Assembly: GCA_964439745.1 (NCBI GenBank)
Contig: CAYTQK010000001.1
Location: 1 to 40,512 of the forward strand
Source of the DNA: an uncultured Desulfobacterales bacterium
GTDB taxonomy: Bacteria > Desulfobacterota > Desulfobacteria > Desulfobacterales > Desulfosudaceae
Direction: 5' to 3'
DNA: 40,512 nt
Shown here: positions 1-8,455 of the stretch, piece by piece
Layout of the letters: each line of letters opens with the position of its first letter
Numbering within the stretch: position 1 is the first letter of the stretch
The notes under the pieces: model-generated
Database searches by the model: none
The model's input: only the letters and a program-made list of their open reading frames with translations
What the model was told of the DNA's origin: nothing
Program-made: the position numbers and the translations under genes

Positions 1-1937
1 GGGTGCGGGTCCTGGGGCTTCAGCTTCTGCCCGGAACCCCGGGACATGCGGCATTCCAGAAGATAGGCCGGCAGCAGCACGGCATATTCATTCTTGAAAC
101 AGTCCAGCACGATCGCCTCTTCCTTGGCGCCGATCCGGGTCTCCAGGAATTTCAGGATCCAGTAGCGCTGCCGGGCCTGCTGAATGCGTCCCACCTGCCA
201 CATTCGCTGGGCCAGGGCCTCCTCCAGGGCCGTGATTTCCGCGGCGGTGTAGGCCTGCCCCGTGCCCAGGGCGGCCTTGAGCTGCCGCTGGGTGACCAGG
301 TCCAGGTATTTGCGGATGGGTGAAGTGACCGTGACATACCGGTCCACGCCCAGGCCGGCGTGGCGGTGCGGCTCGGTGCTCAGCTTGACCCGGGCCATCA
401 TTTTCCGCTGGACCCAGTTCTGAAACAGGGTGCCGGGCAGCTCCTGCTTTTTGACCAGGCGCTGCCGGCTCTCCGGCTGGGCGCGATACGCCGCCGGCAG
501 GCCATGATCATGCAGGAAATCGGCCGCCAGCCGGTTGGCCAGGATCATCATTTCCGCCACCAGCAGCCGGGCGGGACCGGGCTGGTCCACCCGGTGCAGG
601 ACCACCTGGTCCTTGTCCACAAACTGGATATTCATCTCCGGCAGGGTGATGGGGGTGGCCCCGTCATGAACCCGCTGCGAATGCAGGCGCACGGCCAGGT
701 CATGCAGCCGGGCCAGGGCGGGATCGGTTTTGAGAAGCTGATCCACTTCGCCGTAGGTGTAGTGGCGATCCACCCGGATGATCGACTGGCAGACATCCAC
801 CTCCTGCACCGCGCCGAAGCGGGAAAACCGGACAAAGGTGGACAGGGCCGGCCGCAATTGCCCGGCCCGGAGGCTGCAGGTATCTTCCGACACTTCCGGC
901 GGCAGCATGGGGACTTTGCGGTCCACGGTGTAAATGGAACTGCCGCGGGAAAAGGCGGCTTCATCCAGGGGGCTGCCGGCGGCGATAACATGGGCCACGT
1001 CGCTGATATGGATGCCCACCCGGCAGGTACCGTCGGCCGCTTCCTCGAGGCTGATAGCGTCGTCATAATCGACCGTCTGGCTGCCGTCGATGGTAAAAAC
1101 CGGCAGATCGGACAGGTCCCGGCGGCCGTTTTGCCCGGCCGCCGGATCAAAAACCGGCAGCGCGGCAGCGGCGGCCCGCAACCCCTCCGGCCAGTCGGTG
1201 GGAATTCCGCAGCGATAAAAATCAAGATTTTCGTGGCGGTCCCAGATGCCCAGCCGGGTCATCAGCGAAAAGACCTCCTCCCGGGCGATACCGCCCGCCC
1301 GGGCCAGCATTTCCCGGGCCAGCTTATAATCTTCAGCCTCTTTATCAAACAGGTAATACCGCTGCAACAGATCAATGACCTCGGCCGGCGGTTCGGCGGT
1401 TTGCGCCCGGCTGCCGGTAACCGCCCGCAGCCAGTCGGCACCGGCCTGGACCAGTTGCTCCTCCTGCTCCTCTTTTTCCCTTTTGGCGGCGATCACGGCC
1501 ACCTGTTCGGCGGTCCGGGGCAGAAAACGGGTATGGTCAAACTTGAAATAGAGAGGATCAGCGAACATGGCCCGGACCACGGCCGCCTCATGATCCGGGG
1601 TGGTTTCCCCCGGGAAAGCCAGGTCCCGGATCATGGCCAGCGAGACCCAATGCTCCTGGTCTTTCAGCAGGTCCCATAATTCCGGGATATCGATCTGCTC
1701 TGCCAGCTGCTGGCGGCGAACTGCCGTCTCCTTAAGCCCGTCGGCCAGGGCTTTCCGGCCGGCGGCGGGATCCAGCCAGCCACCGGCATGGGTAATGCGC
1801 CGGGGCGGCAGGCTCATCTCCCGGTTATTCTCCGTGTACAGGCGCAGCCGACTGGCGGCGGCAGGGGGCGATTCCAGCAGAACAGCGCAGATGAGTCGCT
1901 GTTTATCGATATATTCCACAATGGTCCCTTTTTTCAT
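1..1937 (-). CDS. RNase II/R-family 3'-5' exoribonuclease (RNB domain), C-terminal end cut by window edge
   Basis: Not in the ORF track because it is open at the window edge. My reverse-complement translation from ATG at 1937..1935 (MKKGTIVEYIDKQRLICAVLLES...) runs to position 1 without a stop. It contains RNB-domain hallmarks: FTIDGSQTVDYDDAISLE and HAGLGVDRYVTVTSPIRKYLDLVTQRQL. Plus-strand ORFs 3..323 and 360..1679 are its antisense shadows. Confidence 0.85.
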   Translation of the reverse strand, partial: MKKGTIVEYIDKQRLICAVLLESPPAAASRLRLYTENNREMSLPPRRITHAGGWLDPAAGRKALADGLKETAVRRQQLAEQIDIPELWDLLKDQEHWVSLAMIRDLAFPGETTPDHEAAVVRAMFADPLYFKFDHTRFLPRTAEQVAVIAAKREKEEQEEQLVQAGADWLRAVTGSRAQTAEPPAEVIDLLQRYYLFDKEAEDYKLAREMLARAGGIAREEVFSLMTRLGIWDRHENLDFYRCGIPTDWPEGLRAAAAALPVFDPAAGQNGRRDLSDLPVFTIDGSQTVDYDDAISLEEAADGTCRVGIHISDVAHVIAAGSPLDEAAFSRGSSIYTVDRKVPMLPPEVSEDTCSLRAGQLRPALSTFVRFSRFGAVQEVDVCQSIIRVDRHYTYGEVDQLLKTDPALARLHDLAVRLHSQRVHDGATPITLPEMNIQFVDKDQVVLHRVDQPGPARLLVAEMMILANRLAADFLHDHGLPAAYRAQPESRQRLVKKQELPGTLFQNWVQRKMMARVKLSTEPHRHAGLGVDRYVTVTSPIRKYLDLVTQRQLKAALGTGQAYTAAEITALEEALAQRMWQVGRIQQARQRYWILKFLETRIGAKEEAIVLDCFKNEYAVLLPAYLLECRMSRGSGQKLKPQDPH

Positions 1938-2038
1938 GGCGTTGAACCTATCAGCGGCCTGCTGGAAAGTCAACCAGCCCCGGTGCGGCGGCAGGCCGGA
2001 CTTTACTTTTGCTTTTTTTCCTGATAAAATAAATAATT

Positions 2039-2605
2039 ATGGTTGAAAATAGAAATTGCCGGGAACGCTTGCAGGCCTGGCAGGGTGATATCACCACCCT
2101 GCCAGCAGATGCCATTGTCAACGCCGCCAACAAGAGCCTGCTCGGCGGCGGCGGGGTGGATGGCGCCATTCACCGGGCCGCCGGTCCGGAACTGCTGGAG
2201 GAGTGCCGTCGGATCGGCGGCTGCCCCACCGGCCAGGCCCGGATCACCAAGGGATATGAACTGCCCTGCCGGTATGTGATCCATACGGTGGGCCCGGTGT
2301 ACAGCCGGAGCAATCCCGAAGTCAGCCGCCTGCTGGCCGACTGTTACCGTAACAGCCTGCGGCTGGCAGCGGAATATGAACTGGCCTCGATCGCCTTTCC
2401 CGCCATCAGCTGCGGGGTCTACGGCTATCCCCTGGAAGAGGCCTGTCCCATTGCAATCGAGACAGTCTGCCAGGAATTACGAGACAAACCCGGTATCCAG
2501 AAAGTGATTTTTGCCCTGTTTTCTGCGGCAGATTATCGTTTTTACCGGCAAGCGCTGTTGGACCCAAACGGCCTGTCAGCCGATTCGGCAAATAAATCAG
2601 GATGA
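2039..2605 (+). CDS. ymdB: Macro-domain protein, O-acetyl-ADP-ribose deacetylase (YmdB-like)
   Basis: 188 aa. [41 protein letters not shown]...[11 protein letters not shown]...[15 protein letters not shown] is a canonical macro-domain ADP-ribose-binding signature. Confidence 0.9.
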   Translation: MVENRNCRERLQAWQGDITTLPADAIVNAANKSLLGGGGVDGAIHRAAGPELLEECRRIGGCPTGQARITKGYELPCRYVIHTVGPVYSRSNPEVSRLLADCYRNSLRLAAEYELASIAFPAISCGVYGYPLEEACPIAIETVCQELRDKPGIQKVIFALFSAADYRFYRQALLDPNGLSADSANKSG

Positions 2606-2795
2606 TTTAGAGCAAAATAACCAGGGTCCGGGAAAATTAACCGGCGGCGTAATCCGGCAGCCAAGGGGCCGACCGGACAAAAAAAGATGGCATGGTTATT
2701 GCTTTTTTCATAGTCAGCAGGTGAAATAGTTTTTCCGGTTCCGGCACGAACGAACCGGGATTGAGACCAAAGGAACGAAGCGCCCGTGTTTTCAA

Positions 2796-2824
2796 TTGAC
2801 AAGCCGGCGGTTCGTTCTTATAGT
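2796..2824 (+). promoter_or_regulatory. sigma70-type promoter candidate, TTGACA-17 nt-TATAGT
   Basis: TTGACA at 2796..2801, a 17-nt spacer, then TATAGT at 2819..2824. It lies about 138 nt upstream of ATG 2963. Confidence 0.5.
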
Positions 2825-2905
2825 AATAAAAATTCGGGGCTTGCGGTCATAGGGGCCGCCCCGGAACGGAACCTGCGGTTAAAATTGTCAGCCTATGTTG
2901 CTATT

Positions 2906-2942
2906 TTAACAAAACCACCGGAAGGTTTTCCGGTTAACAAAA
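2906..2942 (+). promoter_or_regulatory. Leader element: hairpin CCGGAA-GGTT-TTCCGG flanked by direct TTAACAAAA repeats
   Basis: TTAACAAAA occurs at 2906..2914 and 2934..2942. A 6-bp stem spans 2918..2923/2928..2933. An alternative, mutually exclusive stem is AAAACC 2911..2916 / GGTTTT 2924..2929. The element sits just upstream of the RBS of the selenoprotein gene. Confidence 0.3.
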
Positions 2943-2962
2943 TTAAGGCGAAGGAGGTCATA

Positions 2963-3283
2963 ATGAGCGACATCGAAGTCACCACTCCTGCCCAGGAGCA
3001 GATCGGTGAATATTTCAAGGACAGGGAGATCCAGCCCATACGGATTTTTCTCAACGAAGGCGGCTGAGGCGGCCCGTCCTTTGCGATGGCTCTGGATGAG
3101 CCGCGAGACACAGACCATGTTTATGACATCGGAGATTACAAGTTTATCGTGGACAAAGCGTTCATGGAACAAGCCAAACCGGTCAAGGTGGATTTCACCC
3201 GGTTCGGATTTGCCATTTCTTCCAGCATAGAACTGGGACAGGGCTGCGGCAGCTGCGGAGATAAAGGTTCCTGCTGCAGCTGA
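2963..3283 (+). CDS. HesB/IscA-like (A-type Fe-S carrier-like) selenoprotein; in-frame UGA 3065..3067 read as selenocysteine
   Basis: Track ORFs 2786..3067 and 3086..3283 share one frame and are separated only by TGA plus 6 sense codons. Read-through gives ...IRIFLNEGG-U-GGPSFAMALDEP...YKFIVDKAF...GQGCGSCGDKGSCCS. The UGA falls at the invariant Cys of the GGCxG motif. The RBS GGAGG lies 5 nt before ATG 2963, and a strong terminator follows 3283. Confidence 0.75.
3069..3104 (+). promoter_or_regulatory. Candidate SECIS hairpin immediately 3' of the UGA
   Basis: GCGGC 3069..3073 pairs with GCCGC 3100..3104. CGUCC 3075..3079 pairs with GGAUG 3094..3098, with one G-U pair and a C/A mismatch between the two stems. 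The 14-nt apical region is UUUGCGAUGGCUCU. Folded by eye only. Confidence 0.4.
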
Positions 3284-3307
3284 TGTAAATGCTGCCTGCC
3301 TGTATAC

Positions 3308-3351
3308 CCCCGTTTCTTTCCGCTACCGCGGAAAGAAACGGGGTTTTTTTT
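3308..3351 (+). terminator. Rho-independent terminator
   Basis: Perfect 16-bp stem CCCCGTTTCTTTCCGC (3308..3323) / GCGGAAAGAAACGGGG (3328..3343), 4-nt loop, then T8 at 3344..3351. Confidence 0.9.
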
Positions 3352-3460
3352 GTGCGCCGCCCGGGTTGACCCCTCCGACGCTTCATGATAAGACCGGATA
3401 CAGTCGCACCGGTGCATGCCGGCCGCCTGGCCTGACAATCATAAAAGCGAAGGAGAAAAA

Positions 3461-4174
3461 ATGGAGGCCGTCACTTATACTCTGGACAACGAGATCGCCA
3501 TTGTCTCGCTCAACAGCGGGGAAAACCGGTTTAATAATGAATTTCTGGAAAATTTTCTGGGGATCCTGGATGAAATCGAGGCGGACACGGACGCCCGCAC
3601 CCTGGTGGTGACCTCGTCCCATGAAAAAATCTTTTCCAACGGCATCGACCTGGACTGGCTGTCCGGCTTTATCAACGCCGGGGATATCGACGGGGTCAAA
3701 AAATTCCTCTACCGCCAGAACGACATGTTCCGGCGGCTGGTCACCTATCCCCTGGTCACCGTTGCCGCCATATCCGGGCATGCCTTTGCCGGCGGCGCCA
3801 TCCTTTCCTGCGCCTTTGATTTCCGGCTGATGCGTTCGGACCGGGGCTATTTCTGTTTTCCGGAAGTGGATCTGGGCATTCCTTTTCTGCCGGGCATGCT
3901 GGAACTGCTGAAATCAGCCATTCCCCTGTACAAGATGGATGAGATGCAATACCTCGGTTCCCGGCTCACGGCCGCAGAATGCCAGCAGCACCATATCATC
4001 ACCAAGGCCTGCCACCGGGACGACCTGATGAGCGAGACCCTGGCCTTCGCCCGCACCTGCAACAAGACCCGCCACACCATCGGGGAGATGAAAGCGCGCA
4101 TGAACCGGCATATCGTGCACGCCCTTGATGTGGAGGACCCGCCTTACATCGAGCAGGGCCGACTGGTTCCCTGA
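3461..4174 (+). CDS. Enoyl-CoA hydratase/isomerase (crotonase) family protein
   Basis: Crotonase fold signature AAISGHAFAGGAILSCAFDFRLM...FCFPEVDLGIPF. I prefer ATG 3461 (MEAVTYTL...), which follows the RBS GAAGGAG, over the track start at 3416. Confidence 0.9.
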   Translation: MEAVTYTLDNEIAIVSLNSGENRFNNEFLENFLGILDEIEADTDARTLVVTSSHEKIFSNGIDLDWLSGFINAGDIDGVKKFLYRQNDMFRRLVTYPLVTVAAISGHAFAGGAILSCAFDFRLMRSDRGYFCFPEVDLGIPFLPGMLELLKSAIPLYKMDEMQYLGSRLTAAECQQHHIITKACHRDDLMSETLAFARTCNKTRHTIGEMKARMNRHIVHALDVEDPPYIEQGRLVP

Positions 4175-4216
4175 CCCGCGAAAACCGTTCAATTAAACGG
4201 CATCAAGGAGGTTTTC

Positions 4217-4756
4217 ATGGACATCAAAGAGGCCATTTTACAGCGGCGAAGTATCCGCAAATACGAAGATCGGCAAGTCTCCGCAGAGACCGTGCAGGAG
4301 CTGCTGGAGGCGGTCCGCTGGGCCCAGTCCTGGGCCAACACCCAGTGCTGGGAAGTGGTGGTGGTCCGCGATCCGGATACCAAGGAGCGCCTCAGCCAGG
4401 CGGTGCTCAAGGGCAATCCCGGCCAGAAATCGGTTGCCGCGGCGCCGGTGGTGCTGGTGCTGTGCGCCCGGCTGAAGAGTTCGGGCTATTACAAAGAGGC
4501 CGTTACCACCAAGTTCGGCGACTGGTTCATGTTCGACCTGGGCATCGCCGCCCAGAACATCTGCCTCCAGGCCCATGGGCTGGGACTGGGCACGGTGGTG
4601 CTGGGATTGTTCGACCAGGACAAAACCGCCGAAATCCTGGGGGTACCGGAAGGCTATGAAGCGGTCACCATGATCCCGGTGGGCTATCCCGCCAAGACCC
4701 CGTCCGCGCCCAAACGCCGGGAGATCGCAGAGTTCACCCATTACGACACCTTTTGA
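4217..4756 (+). CDS. Nitroreductase family protein
   Basis: 179 aa. AILQRRSIRKYEDRQVS...AVRWAQSWANTQCWEVVVVRD is a typical FMN nitroreductase N-terminus. RBS AAGGAGG is upstream. Confidence 0.9.
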   Translation: MDIKEAILQRRSIRKYEDRQVSAETVQELLEAVRWAQSWANTQCWEVVVVRDPDTKERLSQAVLKGNPGQKSVAAAPVVLVLCARLKSSGYYKEAVTTKFGDWFMFDLGIAAQNICLQAHGLGLGTVVLGLFDQDKTAEILGVPEGYEAVTMIPVGYPAKTPSAPKRREIAEFTHYDTF

Positions 4757-4867
4757 ACGGCAGCCGCCGCCCGGTTCAAACGGCTTTCGTCATGGCCCGG
4801 GCGGTTTCTCCCTCCTGCCCTGACCCGCGGTAGTCCCTCAACACAAAAAAAGATTACTGGCATGGAG

Positions 4868-4886
4868 CCATAAACATTGTTTATGG
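4868..4886. promoter_or_regulatory. Perfect 19-bp palindrome, operator candidate
   Basis: CCATAAACA-T-TGTTTATGG, with 9-bp arms and no mismatch. It ends 12 bp upstream of the -35 box of the putative ABC-operon promoter. Confidence 0.4.
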
Positions 4887-4898
4887 TTTCTTCCAGTG

Positions 4899-4927
4899 TT
4901 GACAGATCTTTTTTTTCTTGTTATGCT
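4899..4927 (+). promoter_or_regulatory. sigma70-type promoter candidate, TTGACA-17 nt-TATGCT
   Basis: TTGACA at 4899..4904, a T-rich 17-nt spacer, then TATGCT at 4922..4927. It lies in a locally AT-rich intergenic region upstream of the ABC operon. Confidence 0.5.
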
Positions 4928-5038
4928 TTTTATTGTCAGTTATCTGCTTTTTTTCCACGAGGCAGCGATGTCTGGACCGGGCGGACCCCGTAGCCCGGGA
5001 CATACCTGGTCGGTGAACAGAGCAAAGGGTCCCCGGTT

Positions 5039-6094
5039 ATGGATATGAAGCGGAGCTATTACGAAGATGTCGAAGTTTTCTCTTCCGGTGTAATTGCTTT
5101 CTGGATTGCCGCTCTCCTCGTGTTTCTGGCCGCTTTCCCCTTTCTCTGCCAGGGCGCCAACTATTATATTTACGTGGCCAACTACATTGCCATCCATGTC
5201 ATCGTGGTCGTCGGCCTCAACCTCCTGGTCGGTTATACCGGCCAGATCTCCCTGGGACATGCCGGCTTTTTCGCGGTCGGCGCCTACGGCACCGTCACCC
5301 TCATGGCCCAGGCCCAGCTGCCCTTCCTGGCCGCCCTGATCCTGGCCGCCCTGGCAGCGGCCGCCCTGGGATTTTTTATCGGCCTGCCGGCCCTGCGGCT
5401 GGAAGGCCCCTACCTGGCCATTGCCACCCTGGGATTCGGCCTGACCATCACCCAGGTCATCGGGAAAATCGAGCTGTTCGGCGGCCGGCAGGGGCTGAAC
5501 GCGCCGGACCTGGTGGTTTTCGGCCGGCACCTGAAGACGGACACCGAATTTTACTACCTGGCCATGACCATTACCGTCCTGCTGGTGCTGTTCGCCCGCA
5601 ACCTGGTCCGGACCCGTGTCGGCCGGGCGTTTATCGCCATCCGCGACGCGGATATCGCGGCCGAGACCATGGGGGTCAATCTGCTTTTGTACAAGACCCT
5701 GGCCTTTGCCGTCAGTGCCTTCTACGCCGGGGTGGCCGGCGGCCTGTACGCCTTTGTGCTACGGTTTATCGACCCGGAAATGTTCAGCCTGTTCATGTCC
5801 ATCATGTTTCTGACCATCGTGGTAGTGGGTGGTCTCGGTTCGGTGATGGGGCCCATTGCCGGCGCCGTTCTGCTCTGCTGGCTGGATCTGGAACTGCGCA
5901 ATATTCTCAGCATCCCCTACCTGGGGGAATGGCTGCGCCGGCTTTCCGCCAGCTATTTTTCCCTGACCGGGGTGGCCAATATCCAGTTTCTGGTCTTCGG
6001 CACCATCCTGATCACAATCATGCTGTTTGAACCACTGGGATTGTATGGTTTCTGGATCCGCATCAAGAAGTACTGGCGGACCTGGCCGTTCTGA
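5039..6094 (+). CDS. livM: Branched-chain amino acid-type ABC transporter permease (LivM-like)
   Basis: 351-aa polytopic membrane protein with the LivM-type motif GQISLGHAGFFAVGAYG. It is the first of five contiguous ABC genes. Confidence 0.85.
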   Translation: MDMKRSYYEDVEVFSSGVIAFWIAALLVFLAAFPFLCQGANYYIYVANYIAIHVIVVVGLNLLVGYTGQISLGHAGFFAVGAYGTVTLMAQAQLPFLAALILAALAAAALGFFIGLPALRLEGPYLAIATLGFGLTITQVIGKIELFGGRQGLNAPDLVVFGRHLKTDTEFYYLAMTITVLLVLFARNLVRTRVGRAFIAIRDADIAAETMGVNLLLYKTLAFAVSAFYAGVAGGLYAFVLRFIDPEMFSLFMSIMFLTIVVVGGLGSVMGPIAGAVLLCWLDLELRNILSIPYLGEWLRRLSASYFSLTGVANIQFLVFGTILITIMLFEPLGLYGFWIRIKKYWRTWPF

Positions 6095-6152
6095 CCCGGC
6101 GAGGGCAGTAAAAGCAGAATAATGTAATGATACCCTTACGAAAAGGTCGGCC

Positions 6153-7028
6153 ATGATCGAATTTCTGCAAATGATTATCAGCGGGATCGCCGTGGGCAGT
6201 ACCTACGCCCTGATGGGACTGGGCATGGTGCTGATTTACAAGGCCTCGGAAGTACCCAACTTCGTCCAGGGAGAAATGGCCCTGCTGCCGGTATTTGTCG
6301 CCTACCTGATCATCAATTCCTTCGGCCTGCCCGTTTACGCCGCCTTTGCCGGGGCGCTGCTGTTTTCCCTGGTACTGGGGTGTTTCCTGGAGTTTGCCGT
6401 GTTGCGGCGGGCCAAGGAGCCCAATGTCCTCGGTCTGATCATCATCACCATCGGCCTGGAGATGATTCTGCTGGGCCTGGTTTCCTGGAAATTCGGGGCT
6501 GACCAGCGCACCATGGACTTTCCCCTTACCGCCTACGACAGTATCTTCATCGGGGACATCTACATCAGCACCCTCAACCTATTGACCCTGATCTGCGCCC
6601 TGGTCATCATGATCGCCCTGTTTCTTTTCTTCCGGTTTTCCAAGTTCGGCGTGGCCATGAAGGCTACCCAGCAGAATGAAATGGCGGCGCAATTGATGGG
6701 CATCAAGACCAACCGGGTGAAAATGATTACCTGGGGCATCTCGGCGTTCGTGGGCACGGTGGCCGGCCTGCTTCTCGCTCCGGTCATCATGGAACCCTAC
6801 ATGATGTGGGACCCCATGCTGAAAGGATTCGCCGGCGCGGTGGTGGGCGGGATGACCTCCCTGCCCGGGGCCGTCTTCGGCGCTTACATCGTCGGCATCG
6901 TGGAGCATCTTTTCGGCGGGTATGTCTCCATTGAATTCAAATCGGTGGTGGCCTTTGTGGTCATCGTCCTGGTGCTGTGCGTCAAGCCCAGCGGCTTGTT
7001 CGCGCGGCATTATATAAAAAAGGTATAA
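6153..7028 (+). CDS. livH: Branched-chain amino acid-type ABC transporter permease (LivH-like)
   Basis: 291 aa. The N-terminus IISGIAVGSTYALMGLGMVLIY...NFVQGEM is typical of LivH/BraD permeases. Confidence 0.85.
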   Translation: MIEFLQMIISGIAVGSTYALMGLGMVLIYKASEVPNFVQGEMALLPVFVAYLIINSFGLPVYAAFAGALLFSLVLGCFLEFAVLRRAKEPNVLGLIIITIGLEMILLGLVSWKFGADQRTMDFPLTAYDSIFIGDIYISTLNLLTLICALVIMIALFLFFRFSKFGVAMKATQQNEMAAQLMGIKTNRVKMITWGISAFVGTVAGLLLAPVIMEPYMMWDPMLKGFAGAVVGGMTSLPGAVFGAYIVGIVEHLFGGYVSIEFKSVVAFVVIVLVLCVKPSGLFARHYIKKV

Positions 7029-7130
7029 CCCAGACAATGGGCAGACCGGCACGAAACCGGACATCCGAATTTTCGTCCGGAGAGTCTGCCGGCTGACAAT
7101 AACCGCAACCCAAAAGAATTGCAGGGGGGT

Positions 7131-8375
7131 ATGATGAAAAAGACGATTATCATTGCATTGACAGGTCTGGCGCTGGTGCTGGCGGTTGCATGGCCGGGGT
7201 TCAGCGAGGTGGGCGTCACCGATACCGAGATCCACATCGGCCAGTGGAGCCCGCAAAGCGGTCCGGCCGCGCCCTGGGGAGCAGTGGCCCGCGGCACGGA
7301 TGCCTATTTCAAGATGGTCAACGCCCAGGGCGGCATTCACGGCCGCAAGCTGGTTCACCATTTTTTTGACGACGCCTACAACCCCGCCAAGACCAAGGCC
7401 GGCGTCAAACAGCTCCAGGAAGATGAAGGCATGTTCTGCTGGGTCAGCGGGGTGGGCACGGCCTGCGGCCTGGCCGTGCGGGAATATCTCATGGAACAGA
7501 AGATTCCCTGGGTGGGGCCTTCGGCCGGTTCCCGCCACTGGGTGGATCCACCTTTCAAGTATCTGTTTAATGTCTATCCGCTCTATCTCGGCGACGCCCA
7601 GGTATTGTGTCAGTATGCCGTCAAGAACATGGACAAAAAACGCATCGCCATTGCCTACCAGAACGACGATTACGGCAAGCAGGGGCTGGAAGGGGCCACT
7701 TTTCAGTTGGGCAAGTATAACATGGAACTGGTCGAGGCGGTGCCGGTGGCGGTGACGGACACGGACATGATTCCGCATGTCAACAAGCTGAAAAAAGCCG
7801 ACGCCGACACGGTTCTCCTCTTTGTCACCCCGGGCCACGTGGCCCGTATCATGGGCACGGCCAAGGCCATGAGGTTCGAACCGCAGTGGATGTCGACCAC
7901 CACCTGCGCCGACTTTCCCCTGATGATGCACATCACCAAGGGCGCCTATGAAGGTGTCATCACCGCCTCTTTCGGGGTCATCGAGCCCAGCGGCAAGGTC
8001 GGCCAGGTCATGAGCCTGTCCAACCCTTCCGACACGCTGAAGAAATACAAGGAAGAAGCCTTTGATAAATTCGCCGCCCAGGATGAACGCTGGGGCTATA
8101 CCTTCTGCGCCGGCATTGCCTATGCCGAACCGCTGGTCAAGGCCCTGGAAATGTGCGGCCGCGACCTGACCCGGGAAAAACTGGTCCAGGCCCTGGAAGC
8201 CATGGATGATTTTGAAGGGCTCATGGGCGACGTCGACTACAAGCCCTATGACCCGGATGACCCGCTCTGCCGGATAGGCCAGGACGAAGTTTTTCTGCAG
8301 CAGTGCATGGCCAACGGCGACTCCAAGATTCTGACCGACTGGATCGAAACCACCTACCTGCCCAGGGACGAATAA
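7131..8375 (+). CDS. ABC transporter periplasmic substrate-binding protein (type-1 PBP, Leu/Ile/Val-binding family fold)
   Basis: Signal peptide MMKKTIIIALTGLALVLAVAWPG, then IHIGQWSPQSGPAAPWG...YFKMVNAQGGIHGRKL. The track start 7119 is TTG. I prefer ATG 7131 or 7134, after a G-rich SD. Confidence 0.85.
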   Translation: MMKKTIIIALTGLALVLAVAWPGFSEVGVTDTEIHIGQWSPQSGPAAPWGAVARGTDAYFKMVNAQGGIHGRKLVHHFFDDAYNPAKTKAGVKQLQEDEGMFCWVSGVGTACGLAVREYLMEQKIPWVGPSAGSRHWVDPPFKYLFNVYPLYLGDAQVLCQYAVKNMDKKRIAIAYQNDDYGKQGLEGATFQLGKYNMELVEAVPVAVTDTDMIPHVNKLKKADADTVLLFVTPGHVARIMGTAKAMRFEPQWMSTTTCADFPLMMHITKGAYEGVITASFGVIEPSGKVGQVMSLSNPSDTLKKYKEEAFDKFAAQDERWGYTFCAGIAYAEPLVKALEMCGRDLTREKLVQALEAMDDFEGLMGDVDYKPYDPDDPLCRIGQDEVFLQQCMANGDSKILTDWIETTYLPRDE

Positions 8376-8455
8376 CCCGGCAGCAATCCATGACCGTCGG
8401 CCCGCGCCGGCCAGCCCCCGGCGCGGGCCGTATTCACGGACAGGCACGAGGACAT

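Noticed and set aside
3-1679. Plus-strand ORFs 3..323 (106 aa) and 360..1679 (439 aa)
   Set aside because: They are antisense shadows of the minus-strand RNase II-family gene, which gives a clean RNB-domain translation. Their products are low-complexity and rich in G/P/R/L/H/Q, with no motif.
2786-3067. Track ORF start at 2786 (MFSIDKPAVRSYSNK...), and treating 3086..3283 as an independent 65-aa gene
   Set aside because: The 2786 start lies inside the promoter region (-35/-10 at 2796..2824) and has no RBS. ATG 2963 has GGAGG 5 nt upstream. ORF 3086..3283 has no RBS of its own and is in frame with the upstream part, so a single UGA-recoded gene is the more economical reading.
4968-5048. 26-codon upstream ORF (MSGPGGPRSPGHTWSVNRAKGPRLWI) with a GAGG SD, its stop overlapping the livM start region
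   Set aside because: It could be a leader peptide, but it has no amino-acid-run signature of an attenuator and no terminator/antiterminator structure that I can see. I cannot test conservation here, so it stays unsupported.
6579-8447. 622-aa minus-strand ORF
   Set aside because: It runs antisense across the LivH gene, an intergenic spacer and the whole binding-protein gene. Its composition is G/R/H/P/A-rich. The plus-strand genes have clear family signatures and RBSs.
8303-8455. N-terminal extension of the LivG-like ORF (track start 8303)
   Set aside because: It would overlap the binding-protein gene by 73 nt and add an R/P/G-rich, non-homologous 51 aa. ATG 8456 gives the canonical ATPase N-terminus.
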